The notes under the pieces: model-generated
What the model saw: the letters and a program-made list of their open reading frames with translations, nothing else
What the model was told of the DNA's origin: nothing
The model's database searches: none
Position numbers and translations under genes: made by a program
From: a virus
Lineage: Duplodnaviria > Heunggongvirae > Uroviricota > Caudoviricetes
IMG/VR virus record: IMGVR_UViG_3300015214_000024
Location: 361,787-425,786 of that record
Strand: one strand, 5' to 3'
Length of the DNA stretch: 64,000 bases
Part shown: in pieces, positions 19,180 through 29,025 of the stretch
Layout: each line of letters begins with the position of its first letter
Numbering within the stretch: position 1 is the stretch's first letter

Positions 19180-20958
19180 TTAGGAATATGGCGCGGAAGG
19201 TACTGTGAAACTTGAACCAGTGTATCGAGCAACACTCTTAGTAACTCGAATTTCATCTATAGCGCCATACCAGCCAGTTGTACCTCTACCTGATGCATAA
19301 ATCCACATTGGCTGGGTTGTTTGGTAGAGGGCGCCTGGTAATGTAGCACTATTAACTAATGATCCATTCAGATAAGATCGAACCACATTACTATCGTCTC
19401 TCGTAAGTGCGACGTGTGCCCAAGTACCAGTTAAGCTTGATTTATCAATACCGGTATAAAGTGAACTGAGGCTTGATCCGAATCCCAAATTAAAAATAAG
19501 TACGCCTACTGAATTAACTTGGATTTCGTAACCAAAATTAGAAGTATTGTCAGATCTATTACTGATAATATATCCGTTATTACTTATAGACACTGCATTA
19601 ATCCAAAATTCAAACGTAAACGCACCAGGAAAAGCCCATACTGATTGATTTAGCGGTGTTATCGTATAATAATAAATTCCTGACGTTTTATTTAGATAAT
19701 ACGAATATGATGAATTAACGGGTGACGAATTTTGAACCGTAATGGCGGCGTTAGAACGCGCGACAGAGCCAGTATTGCCACTAATGTCAATATTGGTTGA
19801 TAACACATTATTATTATCCCAATTTGCCATCAAAATAACATTTGACCAGTTAGGGTCATCAGTTCTAGCCAGCCCTAATTGGGTCGATGCTATGTCTGAA
19901 TACGTCCAAGGTGATAAGGTATTGGGATTTGAAGTGATTACTGATCGTCGATAAAGAACAGTATTTGATCCAAAAGGTGCCATTGATAGTGTTGACCCAG
20001 ATTCTGTCGAGCCAACTTTAATATTAGACTGTATTTTTTCAGTATTACCAGCCGTAGATCTTGCAAACATATATGGCTGGATTCCTGAGATCGTACATCC
20101 TTGATCTTTTAAACTTAAACCAGCAACATTATAATAATCCTTAACTCCAGCGTTCGGGGCAGAAACTAAAGTTGTCATACCAGGATTAGTTGTTTCATTG
20201 ACCATTGCATAATTATCAGCGCCTGCAGAAGGTGTCCATTCTTTCTGCACATCCGACGATGGCAATAAAGGACGAATTTCTGTAGGACCAAGGCGCTCGC
20301 CAGTTGTCATATAAATGTGGTCAAACTGTTGCTGTCGATTGTTATATCGAGCATACGTTGATTTGCCATAGAATATCTGTTCAATACCAAAAACACCATT
20401 TCCACTACCATACCAGCTTAGAGTTGGCAAGTCGATAACTAATACATTATCCTGATAAACTTGAACAGCAGCAGATGAACCACTTATATTGATCATAACT
20501 TCAACGTGGATCCAAGTATTAATTGGAAATGTAACTGCGGAAGGGTTGCCAACCATTGATGCGCTAAGTGTATCAGACGTTGATATGATTGATAAATTGG
20601 AAGATCCATTAACAATTAATTCAATGTATGATTGAGTTGATCCAGTATTTTGAAATCTTATCACACTAGCAGTAGTATTACTGCATTGATAATACATACC
20701 AAAACAAAGTTGAGTCATAGGTGATGTATGGTATGTTGCTATATCATATGTCATAGCATTAAGTGAGGTATTAGTCGTTGACGAGCGCAAGCATCCGCCA
20801 CGATTCTCAAAGCCTGGTTGAATTGTCAAATAACTCGATGTTACTTGGGACGCTGTAGAAAACAGACTGTATCTTTTACCTAAGTGTAGACCAGTAGCAT
20901 TGTCAGTAGGTGCAGTGCCATAATAATAATCAAAACCTTCTGTATAAATTAATGCCAT
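19180..20958 (-). CDS. ConA/LamG-like virion protein, paralog 5 (extra C-terminal LamG domain)
   Basis: MALIYTEGFDYY core plus FTFEFW, WAHVALTR, YLNG, GAIDEIRVTK. Confidence 0.8.
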   Translation of the reverse strand: MALIYTEGFDYYYGTAPTDNATGLHLGKRYSLFSTASQVTSSYLTIQPGFENRGGCLRSSTTNTSLNAMTYDIATYHTSPMTQLCFGMYYQCSNTTASVIRFQNTGSTQSYIELIVNGSSNLSIISTSDTLSASMVGNPSAVTFPINTWIHVEVMINISGSSAAVQVYQDNVLVIDLPTLSWYGSGNGVFGIEQIFYGKSTYARYNNRQQQFDHIYMTTGERLGPTEIRPLLPSSDVQKEWTPSAGADNYAMVNETTNPGMTTLVSAPNAGVKDYYNVAGLSLKDQGCTISGIQPYMFARSTAGNTEKIQSNIKVGSTESGSTLSMAPFGSNTVLYRRSVITSNPNTLSPWTYSDIASTQLGLARTDDPNWSNVILMANWDNNNVLSTNIDISGNTGSVARSNAAITVQNSSPVNSSYSYYLNKTSGIYYYTITPLNQSVWAFPGAFTFEFWINAVSISNNGYIISNRSDNTSNFGYEIQVNSVGVLIFNLGFGSSLSSLYTGIDKSSLTGTWAHVALTRDDSNVVRSYLNGSLVNSATLPGALYQTTQPMWIYASGRGTTGWYGAIDEIRVTKSVARYTGSSFTVPSAPYS

Positions 20959-20970
20959 ATCTACAGCCCT

Positions 20971-22653
20971 TTAAATTGCCCAAAACAATTGGTTTGCCAT
21001 TGTAAATTTTCTAATGCCACCATAAAATTGCCTGGCTGGGTCTTTAGAATTATCACCCCCGATGGCGAAGCCGTTGGTGGAATCACGAATTTGTCCACCG
21101 TTTAATGCAATATCCAAAACTTGACTATCGTTTAAATATCCACGCAATCGACCAGAATAGAACATAAAACCAACCCGGTACCAAGTATTTGTTTGGATGT
21201 TCGCAATAGCTAACAAAGTGCCGCCGACTTGATTTCCTCCAAGGTTATCAGAGGCTGAATAAACTCCCAAACCAGCAAAAGATCCTTGACTACTATTTCC
21301 TAAGAATATTGACCATTCAGGCCACTGCGGCGCACCAGAATTTCCGCCAACTGTCGCAATTAGCTGATTATTGGCTACAGTAGTGGTATAAAATTCAAAT
21401 TGAACTGAATATGGCATCGTTACGTGCCAAAACGGAACATCAGTATATCTGATGTTTTGTGATCCATTAAATATTAATGCATTACCAGATACTGTCGGGG
21501 CCGTATCGCCCGCGATAATCGTTGATCCACTCACAATGGATGGATAGTTTCCATTATCATCAATATAAAAACCGCTATTAGTCAATAGGAAATTTTCGTG
21601 TCTCCTAATACCAAGCTCACTTGAATTAAAACCACTAGCAGTCCACGGTGAAGATGTGGCTGGATCATTTCTAAGGTGTTCAGTAGTCGCTATTAGGGGG
21701 ATACTCACTCCAGGCAGCATTGGTATTGATGAAGTCGTTTCTGTTGAGGATGATTTCAACTGAATTGAAGTTCTAGCAGTTGAACTAGCATCACTAGATG
21801 TTGAATAGGACAATCCTTGAACTGAAATTATACTGTCATTAGCATTCACTAATGATAAATCACTGATGGTATAATAATCAGTATCTAAGTCATTTTTTAA
21901 TAAAACATTTGTATCCATTGATGGTGCGGAAATATCATTTACCATATTATAATTGGTTGTTCCGTTGAGAGGCACACCATCTTTTTGTGAGGTATCACTA
22001 TCAGGGACCAATGTACTAATATTAATTGGTCCCAAAACTTCACCATCACTTAAATAAAAATTATCCATACGATAGCTACCACTATAGCCCAATTGGTATT
22101 TGCCAATAATGAAAGAAGACCAATAGTATGGAGTAGCTGTAAAACCAGTTCCTGAAAAGGTATATGCTAGTGTACCATTCAAATATACACTGACTAGAAT
22201 TTGAGATCCACTGGTTATTTCAGCGTGTAGTTCAAGATACCACCAATTTCCAGTAGTAATTGAAAATGAGCTTTGCTGGGCAGCACTACCGTAAGTTGCC
22301 GAAATCCTCGTATTCAGCCTTCCTGACGAATTGACCGACAATAATATATATGCGCCATTTGGTGCTCGAATATTAAAGACATCTATGTCAGTACCAAATG
22401 ATGGAAAATAGACGTGAGCGCCCATTGTCACTGATGTTAAAGTATTACCAATAGGTACTGGAATACTATTAACAGATGATGACGATACGGAATATACTAG
22501 TGATTTACCACCAGCATATCCAGTTGTATAACTAAAGTAGTTCGCCCAATTTACTGTAACCCCAGGATAGCGAGTTGAAATGTTAATTAACTCATTATTA
22601 TTGCCTGAAGTTTCATTATAGTAATCAAACCCATCTGAAAAAAGTATAGTCAT
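20971..22653 (-). CDS. ConA/LamG-like virion protein, paralog 4 (extra C-terminal domain)
   Basis: MTILFSDGFDYY core; C-terminal IQTNTWYRVGFM ... GGIR. Confidence 0.78.
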   Translation of the reverse strand: MTILFSDGFDYYNETSGNNNELINISTRYPGVTVNWANYFSYTTGYAGGKSLVYSVSSSSVNSIPVPIGNTLTSVTMGAHVYFPSFGTDIDVFNIRAPNGAYILLSVNSSGRLNTRISATYGSAAQQSSFSITTGNWWYLELHAEITSGSQILVSVYLNGTLAYTFSGTGFTATPYYWSSFIIGKYQLGYSGSYRMDNFYLSDGEVLGPINISTLVPDSDTSQKDGVPLNGTTNYNMVNDISAPSMDTNVLLKNDLDTDYYTISDLSLVNANDSIISVQGLSYSTSSDASSTARTSIQLKSSSTETTSSIPMLPGVSIPLIATTEHLRNDPATSSPWTASGFNSSELGIRRHENFLLTNSGFYIDDNGNYPSIVSGSTIIAGDTAPTVSGNALIFNGSQNIRYTDVPFWHVTMPYSVQFEFYTTTVANNQLIATVGGNSGAPQWPEWSIFLGNSSQGSFAGLGVYSASDNLGGNQVGGTLLAIANIQTNTWYRVGFMFYSGRLRGYLNDSQVLDIALNGGQIRDSTNGFAIGGDNSKDPARQFYGGIRKFTMANQLFWAI

Positions 22654-22690
22654 ATTAGATCCGTTTTTATTTTATTTAATGCCAAAATTA

Positions 22691-24376
22691 TCAAATTGGC
22701 CAAAAAAGTGATTTTGCAACACTTAAATTTCTTATACCGCCTTGAAGGAATACTGTTGGATAGCCAGCATTATCTCCGACTATTGCTAACCCATTTGGTG
22801 AATTCCAAGGTTGGACCAAGCTATCATCAAATCGTTGTGCCCCATTGAAATAACCACGCACCCTAAGTGATCCGTTGTTATATACCATAAAGCCAATCCT
22901 ATACCAAGTATTCAACTGAACTGTACCGGCTGGCACTAATGTTCGAGTTACTTGGGCGGCGGCGCTGTTAGCTGATGCCGTAGCAAGTATGATCTGTCCG
23001 TTATTATACACTTGAACTACAAATTCAGGAAAACCGATACTAAATCCTTGACCGATATTAAACAACATTGGACTATTAGCTAATGAAGAGACGTAAAATT
23101 CCATCTCCATAGAATAAGGAGCAGTGACGTGAAAATCGCTCGAATCTGTATATCGTATCTGCTCAGTACCAGTAAAAATTAAAGTATCGCCCGATACTGC
23201 CGGTGCAGCTATGCCGCTTGTAATCCGAGTAGAAGTTGAGCTATTTGTAATTGATCCATTTGTGATTGAAAATTTTACATTTTCAAGCAAATTCATAACT
23301 ACGCCGGACTGAATTCCATTAATATCTGAAGATGACCACGCACTGCTCGTAAAAGGATTGGCTTCGTAAATATTGCTTGGAAAGAATGATGAATTTGCCT
23401 GGCCTTCGTATGGTGTGAAAGATGGTTGATTTACTGTATTGGCGCCAACTTTTAATGTTTGGAATATGTTTGTTTGCCCGAAAGAGCTTTTATATCCAAC
23501 TGTATTTGACTTAACTGCCTTAATTGGCCCAAGCACAGACGTGCCGCTTGACGGCAAGTCAGAAACATTAAACATATCAGTATTATTTGATGATGTGCCA
23601 ATATTCGCCGTCTGAGTGGTTGAATATGCATTGCTATTAATTTGTGTATAATGAGCTGTTCCACTTGATGGAGTCCAGCCTAACGGTGTAGCATCAGAAG
23701 TTGGTCTAAGGGTTACGATATTCATTTCGTCACTTCGGGTTAAAGTGTTGTTTACGTAAAAATCATCAATCAAAACAGTGCGCAATGTGGTATCCCAGGA
23801 ACCGTTTGTTATTATCGCTGAATTATAAAATGTATTTGAAGAATATGTAGTATCAGCATTAGATACTGATGCAACCATTACACCATCAATATAAAATCTC
23901 GCGATGCCGTTCGTTGTTCCTGCCCTTGCCTCAAGCTCATAATAATGCCAAGCTGTTGGGTCATAATTTGCTATCGGCTTACCAGTAAAAAGCGTAGTAC
24001 CACTTCCATTTTTAACTACTGGATAGTAAAATAATCCATATGAATTATAATAAACATAAACCGACAAGGCTACATTTGAGTTAAAGGCTAAACTAATTAA
24101 TGAATTAACATTTGACGTGGTTAATGACGGATTCGTATGTCTAATGGCTACCCCAACGGAAGTGGTAGCTATATTATTTGGGTAGGTATATTTAAAAGTA
24201 GTATTTTGAATAACAGATGATGATGTTATATACCCAGAAGAAGTTATGCATTGGCCACCATATCGGCCAGTTGTAAATCCATAAGAATTAGTACCATTAC
24301 CACCCAATGTCCAATTTTGCGTGAACAGCGAGTTGGTAGCATAAGAGTTGAATCCATCAAAATAAATTAAAGCCAT
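22691..24376 (-). CDS. ConA/LamG-like virion protein, paralog 3 (extra C-terminal domain)
   Basis: Start moved to MALIYFDGFNSY at 24376 (GAGG RBS); C-terminal domain homologous to paralog 4. Confidence 0.78.
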   Translation of the reverse strand: MALIYFDGFNSYATNSLFTQNWTLGGNGTNSYGFTTGRYGGQCITSSGYITSSSVIQNTTFKYTYPNNIATTSVGVAIRHTNPSLTTSNVNSLISLAFNSNVALSVYVYYNSYGLFYYPVVKNGSGTTLFTGKPIANYDPTAWHYYELEARAGTTNGIARFYIDGVMVASVSNADTTYSSNTFYNSAIITNGSWDTTLRTVLIDDFYVNNTLTRSDEMNIVTLRPTSDATPLGWTPSSGTAHYTQINSNAYSTTQTANIGTSSNNTDMFNVSDLPSSGTSVLGPIKAVKSNTVGYKSSFGQTNIFQTLKVGANTVNQPSFTPYEGQANSSFFPSNIYEANPFTSSAWSSSDINGIQSGVVMNLLENVKFSITNGSITNSSTSTRITSGIAAPAVSGDTLIFTGTEQIRYTDSSDFHVTAPYSMEMEFYVSSLANSPMLFNIGQGFSIGFPEFVVQVYNNGQIILATASANSAAAQVTRTLVPAGTVQLNTWYRIGFMVYNNGSLRVRGYFNGAQRFDDSLVQPWNSPNGLAIVGDNAGYPTVFLQGGIRNLSVAKSLFWPI

Positions 24377-24386
24377 ATCATCCTCA

Positions 24387-25436
24387 TCAGCTTGACCTAA
24401 TACCAATTTGCATATTATTCACACCACTTGTAGTCCAAGCTGTCGAAGTTGCCGGGTCTGTTTCTGATATAATGCTTGGTAGCACTATTAATGTATTTTC
24501 ATACAATGACTGACTTGTTCCGTTCACTTCAGTGGTATTCGATTTTAAAGTCAAATTCGCCCCAGCTGGACCAAAAGTTGACTTGCTTCCTGCGCCATAA
24601 ATCCCAACAGCTAAAATATTGCCAGTGATAGCAGTCACTGAAGAAATATCTTGAATATCATAATAATCTTTATCACCAGTATTAGCTGTTTGAACATACG
24701 TATTGTCTGCCGAGCTCATCAAGTCATTAACAACCGCATAATTGTCTGATCCGGATGATGCCGTCCACTGTTTTTGAGCGGTATCAGCATTTGGTTTTAA
24801 TCCGGCAATGTGTAATTCCCCCAACCTAGCTGCCGTGTTGGTAATATAAAAATCATCATAATATAAATCGGGATTAAAACCAGATCCAAATGGGGGACTT
24901 AGACGAACAGAATCAATAGCAATAATGTTAGTGGTCGATTTCACTGGAACACTGCTTGTAGAATACAAAACCTGACCATTAAAATAAAAATTAATACTAC
25001 CAGAAGTTAAGCTTGTTACGACTTCCAATTCAAAATAATTCCAAGCAGTTAAATCAAAGATTTTAGGCATTGTAACTGTAGCTACTGCACCATTGTTACT
25101 GACAACTATTTGACTTTCACTCATACCAACATAAGCAATAACTGTTGAGCCATTCATTAAGGTTATGACTGGATTCACTGTTCCAGATGTTGAGTTAGTT
25201 AGTCTTATAGCTGCACCAACAGAAATGTTATTCAATGTTGATGTTAGTGTTCTAATTAATCCAGTTGACCCTGGTTGAGTGATATAGCCACTACCAAGTG
25301 ACAAACAGCGGCCGTCATAGCGACCAGATGCTAAAACTGAAACTCCTCCAGTAGCAGTAGCCTGTGAGTAATATTGTGGCAATATAGTATTGTCAAAATA
25401 TCTTTCAAAACCGTCAAACCAAACAATCGCCATCAT
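24387..25436 (-). CDS. ConA/LamG-like virion protein, paralog 2 (short form)
   Basis: MAIVWFDGFERY; WNYFELE; DDFYI; PNADTAQK; DPATSTAW. Confidence 0.75.
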   Translation of the reverse strand: MMAIVWFDGFERYFDNTILPQYYSQATATGGVSVLASGRYDGRCLSLGSGYITQPGSTGLIRTLTSTLNNISVGAAIRLTNSTSGTVNPVITLMNGSTVIAYVGMSESQIVVSNNGAVATVTMPKIFDLTAWNYFELEVVTSLTSGSINFYFNGQVLYSTSSVPVKSTTNIIAIDSVRLSPPFGSGFNPDLYYDDFYITNTAARLGELHIAGLKPNADTAQKQWTASSGSDNYAVVNDLMSSADNTYVQTANTGDKDYYDIQDISSVTAITGNILAVGIYGAGSKSTFGPAGANLTLKSNTTEVNGTSQSLYENTLIVLPSIISETDPATSTAWTTSGVNNMQIGIRSS

Positions 25437-25445
25437 TTTTCTCCC

Positions 25446-26486
25446 TTAGAGTATTTCTGGGCCCATTTTTAAATTATTAATGTCTGTTGATTTCCAAGCC
25501 AGGCCAGTATCTGGATTTACCGTTAAGATAGGATCAGAATAACGATAAAAATCTGTCTGTGACATTAATAAGTTGTTAGTAGTTCCATTAACTGTCGTGC
25601 TACCGACAGTTAAATTTACTCTAACATCAATTGTGGCAGCGTCGTCCTTTCTGGCAGTATATACTGGTTGAATACCGTGTATTTTCAGAGGATTAAACGA
25701 CATATCATCAATATCATATATATCCTTCCATCCCTGCGTACCGCCATAAATGAAGGACGAATTGTCCACAGTCAGACCATTTACCGCATCATAATTGCCA
25801 GCCAACCCAGTCGGATTGGTTTGGAAATTCTTCTGAGCAGTATCTGCATTTGGAGACAATACTATTACTCTACTTTCACCCAACTTGGTTGCCGTATTAT
25901 TAATATATACATCATCAATATACCAAGTAGCTAATGAATTGGTATAGAACTTAATAAAATCACCACCTGTCAACGTGGTAGTATCTAGTGAATTAGAAAC
26001 CGCTTGCGTGTCATTCACATATACAGATAATCTACCACTTGCAGAATTTAGCACGGCCTCGAATTCAATATAAACCCAGGTATTGAGCGGTATGACACCA
26101 TTTGATGATGTTGCGACAACTGTTGACGGTCCTGATTTGATCTGCAATGCTCCATCAGTAGTTACATCTAACCTAAATTGAACCAAGCCGCCCGTTGAGT
26201 TAAAAATTTCAAGAATTGTATTTTGTTGTGTATAAGCTACTATTTTAGCAGCAAATCCGACACTCAAAGAAGTGAGTGTCGAGCCAATCTGTGTTTGTGC
26301 AAATGAACTGGACGCTGAAATATTGCTATTCATATACATTGCTTGGCTATTTGGATACCGGCCAACACCGGTTGTTATCAAGGTAGATCCGGCATTAGAT
26401 ATCGTCCATCGACTTGTTAATGGAAGTGCTGATCCAGAGCCAGAGGCTGTATAATAATCAAACCCCTCAATAAAAACAGCAGTCAT
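25446..26486 (-). CDS. ConA/LamG-like virion protein, paralog 1 (short form)
   Basis: MTAVFIEGFDYY; WVYIEFE; IDDVYI; PNADTAQK; NPDTGLAW. Confidence 0.75.
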   Translation of the reverse strand: MTAVFIEGFDYYTASGSGSALPLTSRWTISNAGSTLITTGVGRYPNSQAMYMNSNISASSSFAQTQIGSTLTSLSVGFAAKIVAYTQQNTILEIFNSTGGLVQFRLDVTTDGALQIKSGPSTVVATSSNGVIPLNTWVYIEFEAVLNSASGRLSVYVNDTQAVSNSLDTTTLTGGDFIKFYTNSLATWYIDDVYINNTATKLGESRVIVLSPNADTAQKNFQTNPTGLAGNYDAVNGLTVDNSSFIYGGTQGWKDIYDIDDMSFNPLKIHGIQPVYTARKDDAATIDVRVNLTVGSTTVNGTTNNLLMSQTDFYRYSDPILTVNPDTGLAWKSTDINNLKMGPEIL

Positions 26487-26490
26487 AGAA

Positions 26491-26549
26491 TTGCCCTCTT
26501 AATTAATCTACCAGTGTCTTCTACTGATATTTATTAATTAAGAGGGCAA
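26491..26549 (-). promoter_or_regulatory. 17-bp inverted repeat covering the RBS, with internal late promoter
   Basis: TTGCCCTCTTAATTAAT (26491-26507) / ATTAATTAAGAGGGCAA (26533-26549); AATAAATA at 26528-26535. Confidence 0.7.
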
Positions 26550-26563
26550 CAAAAAATTAATTA

Positions 26564-27856
26564 TTATGGGGTAATACCACCACCCAAATTCAATACAACA
26601 ATTCTAACTCCAGTATTATTTGAACCGCTTGATTTCAAAGCTAAATATTCTCTATTTTGCGATTCACCATAAACCGTCAATGGAACGATAGTTCCGTTTG
26701 AAACAACGTCAGCTGAAGTAAAACCGATCATATCAAGCTCATATGAATAGCAGAATCGACTTGTATTCAGACGAGCTGGGAACGTGACAATATATTTTTG
26801 ATCTTCCGACAAAGAAACTTGGTTCTGTGCGTTGATAATCGAGTCGGAATCTTCCTGATTAATCTCGGCTCTGCGTCGGGCATAGTTTGGTCTTAGCAAC
26901 CCAGTAACTGGGTCAGTTCCTTGCTCCACATTAGCAGTAGTATCTTCTGGATCATTAATATCGTCAGTGATATTATATAATGAATGGGCAATTCCTGCCG
27001 GCTTCAAAACATCAGCTTCACGAACAACCGTTTGGAAAAAATATGTTTGTTGTGGGAAATCCTGATTTGCACCATTGTATGCTACACACCAAACTGGTGC
27101 TTTACCATCAACAACTGTAGCACCAGTTTCACGATCTACCGGACGTTGAATTAGTACCCAATTAAAGTTGTAAGAAAATACGTCACTATCAGCATCTTCC
27201 CAAATACCGAACCATACACCGCGATCAGTAATTACCAATCTATATCGCAATGGAAAAGCTGTTCCAGAACCTGCGCCAATTCGAGTGGTTCGGTTAATAA
27301 TACCAAATTTAGGGTCATCTTTAACTACTCGCTGTTCGTAAGTTGAGCTTGCAGTCATAATCGCCTCAGTAAATGGAGTCCAAACACCACTAGCGGTAAT
27401 GTACTGCTGAACATTGTCTGTATTTGTTCCTGAACTAGGGGCAGTAACTGGATTATATACATTGGTACCCATCTTAAAATTAACATTACCAATAACATCG
27501 GTTGGCATCATCTTTTGCTGTTCTTGGGAGGAAGATGAAGCTTTTTTAACTAAGCCGACTTCATAAAGAAGTGGTAATGACCCATCATCAGCCAATGTTG
27601 CAGATGTACCAACGTAGCAAAAAGCATTTTGTATTTTCTGAACGTCAAACATAACTCTCCAAGGCTGTGTGGCTGCCAGTGGATCAACGTCAGATGATGC
27701 TTCTAACAAAACTTTATATGGAGCCGTAGCGGTTCCAGAATCAAACGTTAACGGATAAACTAAATCGAATCCATTCGCAACCATATCATCAACAAGTGAT
27801 GCAATTAATGCAGTTGCTGATGGAAATCCGCCACGTTCTACAATAAATCCAGCCAT
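26564..27856 (-). CDS. Virion structural protein, paralog A
   Basis: Shares VDPLAATQPWR, QRPVDR.TG, GKAPVWCV, FP.RLN.SR, ELDMI with 27892..28950; TAGGAG RBS. Confidence 0.7.
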   Translation of the reverse strand: MAGFIVERGGFPSATALIASLVDDMVANGFDLVYPLTFDSGTATAPYKVLLEASSDVDPLAATQPWRVMFDVQKIQNAFCYVGTSATLADDGSLPLLYEVGLVKKASSSSQEQQKMMPTDVIGNVNFKMGTNVYNPVTAPSSGTNTDNVQQYITASGVWTPFTEAIMTASSTYEQRVVKDDPKFGIINRTTRIGAGSGTAFPLRYRLVITDRGVWFGIWEDADSDVFSYNFNWVLIQRPVDRETGATVVDGKAPVWCVAYNGANQDFPQQTYFFQTVVREADVLKPAGIAHSLYNITDDINDPEDTTANVEQGTDPVTGLLRPNYARRRAEINQEDSDSIINAQNQVSLSEDQKYIVTFPARLNTSRFCYSYELDMIGFTSADVVSNGTIVPLTVYGESQNREYLALKSSGSNNTGVRIVVLNLGGGITP

Positions 27857-27891
27857 TTTATACTCCTAATTATGTTCTTTTAATCTTTTGA

Positions 27892-28950
27892 TTATATTGC
27901 ATCAATACCGCCACCTTCGTGCAATACCAATACGCGCATACCAGTATTTCCAGTATAGTTTGCCTGAAGTGCTTTATATTTTCTTGGTGTTGGATTTGGT
28001 GTCGGGGTGGCACCATCATTTTCACCATAAACTTCAATGTCAATTATTGATTCTTGTGACACCACGTCTGCTGATGTTGTAGCAATCATATCAAGCTCGT
28101 GTGAGTAACGATAGCGTGACGAATTAAGTCTTGAAGGGAAATTAATTACATATTTGCCATCTTCAGTTAATCTAACTTGTTGATATGGATTGATAATCGC
28201 TTCTGAATCATCTTGATTTTGTGTTGCAGATCGGCGAGTCAATGTTGTATCAACCATCTTTGGTGCTTCTGGACGAAGAATATCTGATTCCCTAACCACA
28301 AATTGATAAATGTTATTTGTGATACCAGTAGTATCAGCAGTGCTATTCACACACCAAACTGGTGCTTTACCTGTTATAACTACTTCACCAGTATCTCTAT
28401 CAACTGGTCTTTGAACTAATATCCAATTAAAGTGTGCTGAAGTTTCCGCAGTAACAGCGTCTTCCCAAGTTCCGAGGAAAAATCCACGTGGCGAAATAGA
28501 CAATCTATAAGACATTGGGTAGGAATTGCCATCATCACCAACACGAGTACTGCGGTTAATGAAACCTTGCGAAAGTGATGAAGAAACAATATTTCCACCA
28601 GTAGCAATAGCGCCAACTGCACCAATAATATCAACTGGAGCGTTTGATGCATTCACTTCCTTAGCAAATGAACCATCATCTGGCAACTGGGTCGGAGTGG
28701 CGACAATAACACTAATTAAATCTTTTTCTAAAGCCTCAAAACGAATTCTCCAAGGCTGTGTAGCTGCTAGTGGATCAACATCAACACTAGCTTCTAATGT
28801 AACACTAAAAGCTTCGCCAGCAGTTTGAGGGTCAAACGCTGATACTGGATATTTCTGTGTAAATCCATTATCAATCATTTGGCCGACGGCATCAGCAATC
28901 AATTCCGCGGCTGTCAAAAAATTGTTTTTTTCAAATATATAGCCAGTCAT
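27892..28950 (-). CDS. Virion structural protein, paralog B
   Basis: Same motifs as paralog A; late motif at 28990-28997; GGAG RBS. Confidence 0.7.
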   Translation of the reverse strand: MTGYIFEKNNFLTAAELIADAVGQMIDNGFTQKYPVSAFDPQTAGEAFSVTLEASVDVDPLAATQPWRIRFEALEKDLISVIVATPTQLPDDGSFAKEVNASNAPVDIIGAVGAIATGGNIVSSSLSQGFINRSTRVGDDGNSYPMSYRLSISPRGFFLGTWEDAVTAETSAHFNWILVQRPVDRDTGEVVITGKAPVWCVNSTADTTGITNNIYQFVVRESDILRPEAPKMVDTTLTRRSATQNQDDSEAIINPYQQVRLTEDGKYVINFPSRLNSSRYRYSHELDMIATTSADVVSQESIIDIEVYGENDGATPTPNPTPRKYKALQANYTGNTGMRVLVLHEGGGIDAI

Positions 28951-29025
28951 TAATATTCTCCCGAACTTCAGGCGTTTAGTTCTTTATGTTATTTATTATT
29001 TAAATCCGATTTTTAAGATCGCAAT

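Noticed and set aside
17973-26486. Diversity-generating retroelement or invertible cassette acting on the lectin paralogs
   Set aside because: No reverse transcriptase, recombinase or near-identical nucleotide repeat seen; similarity is only at protein level
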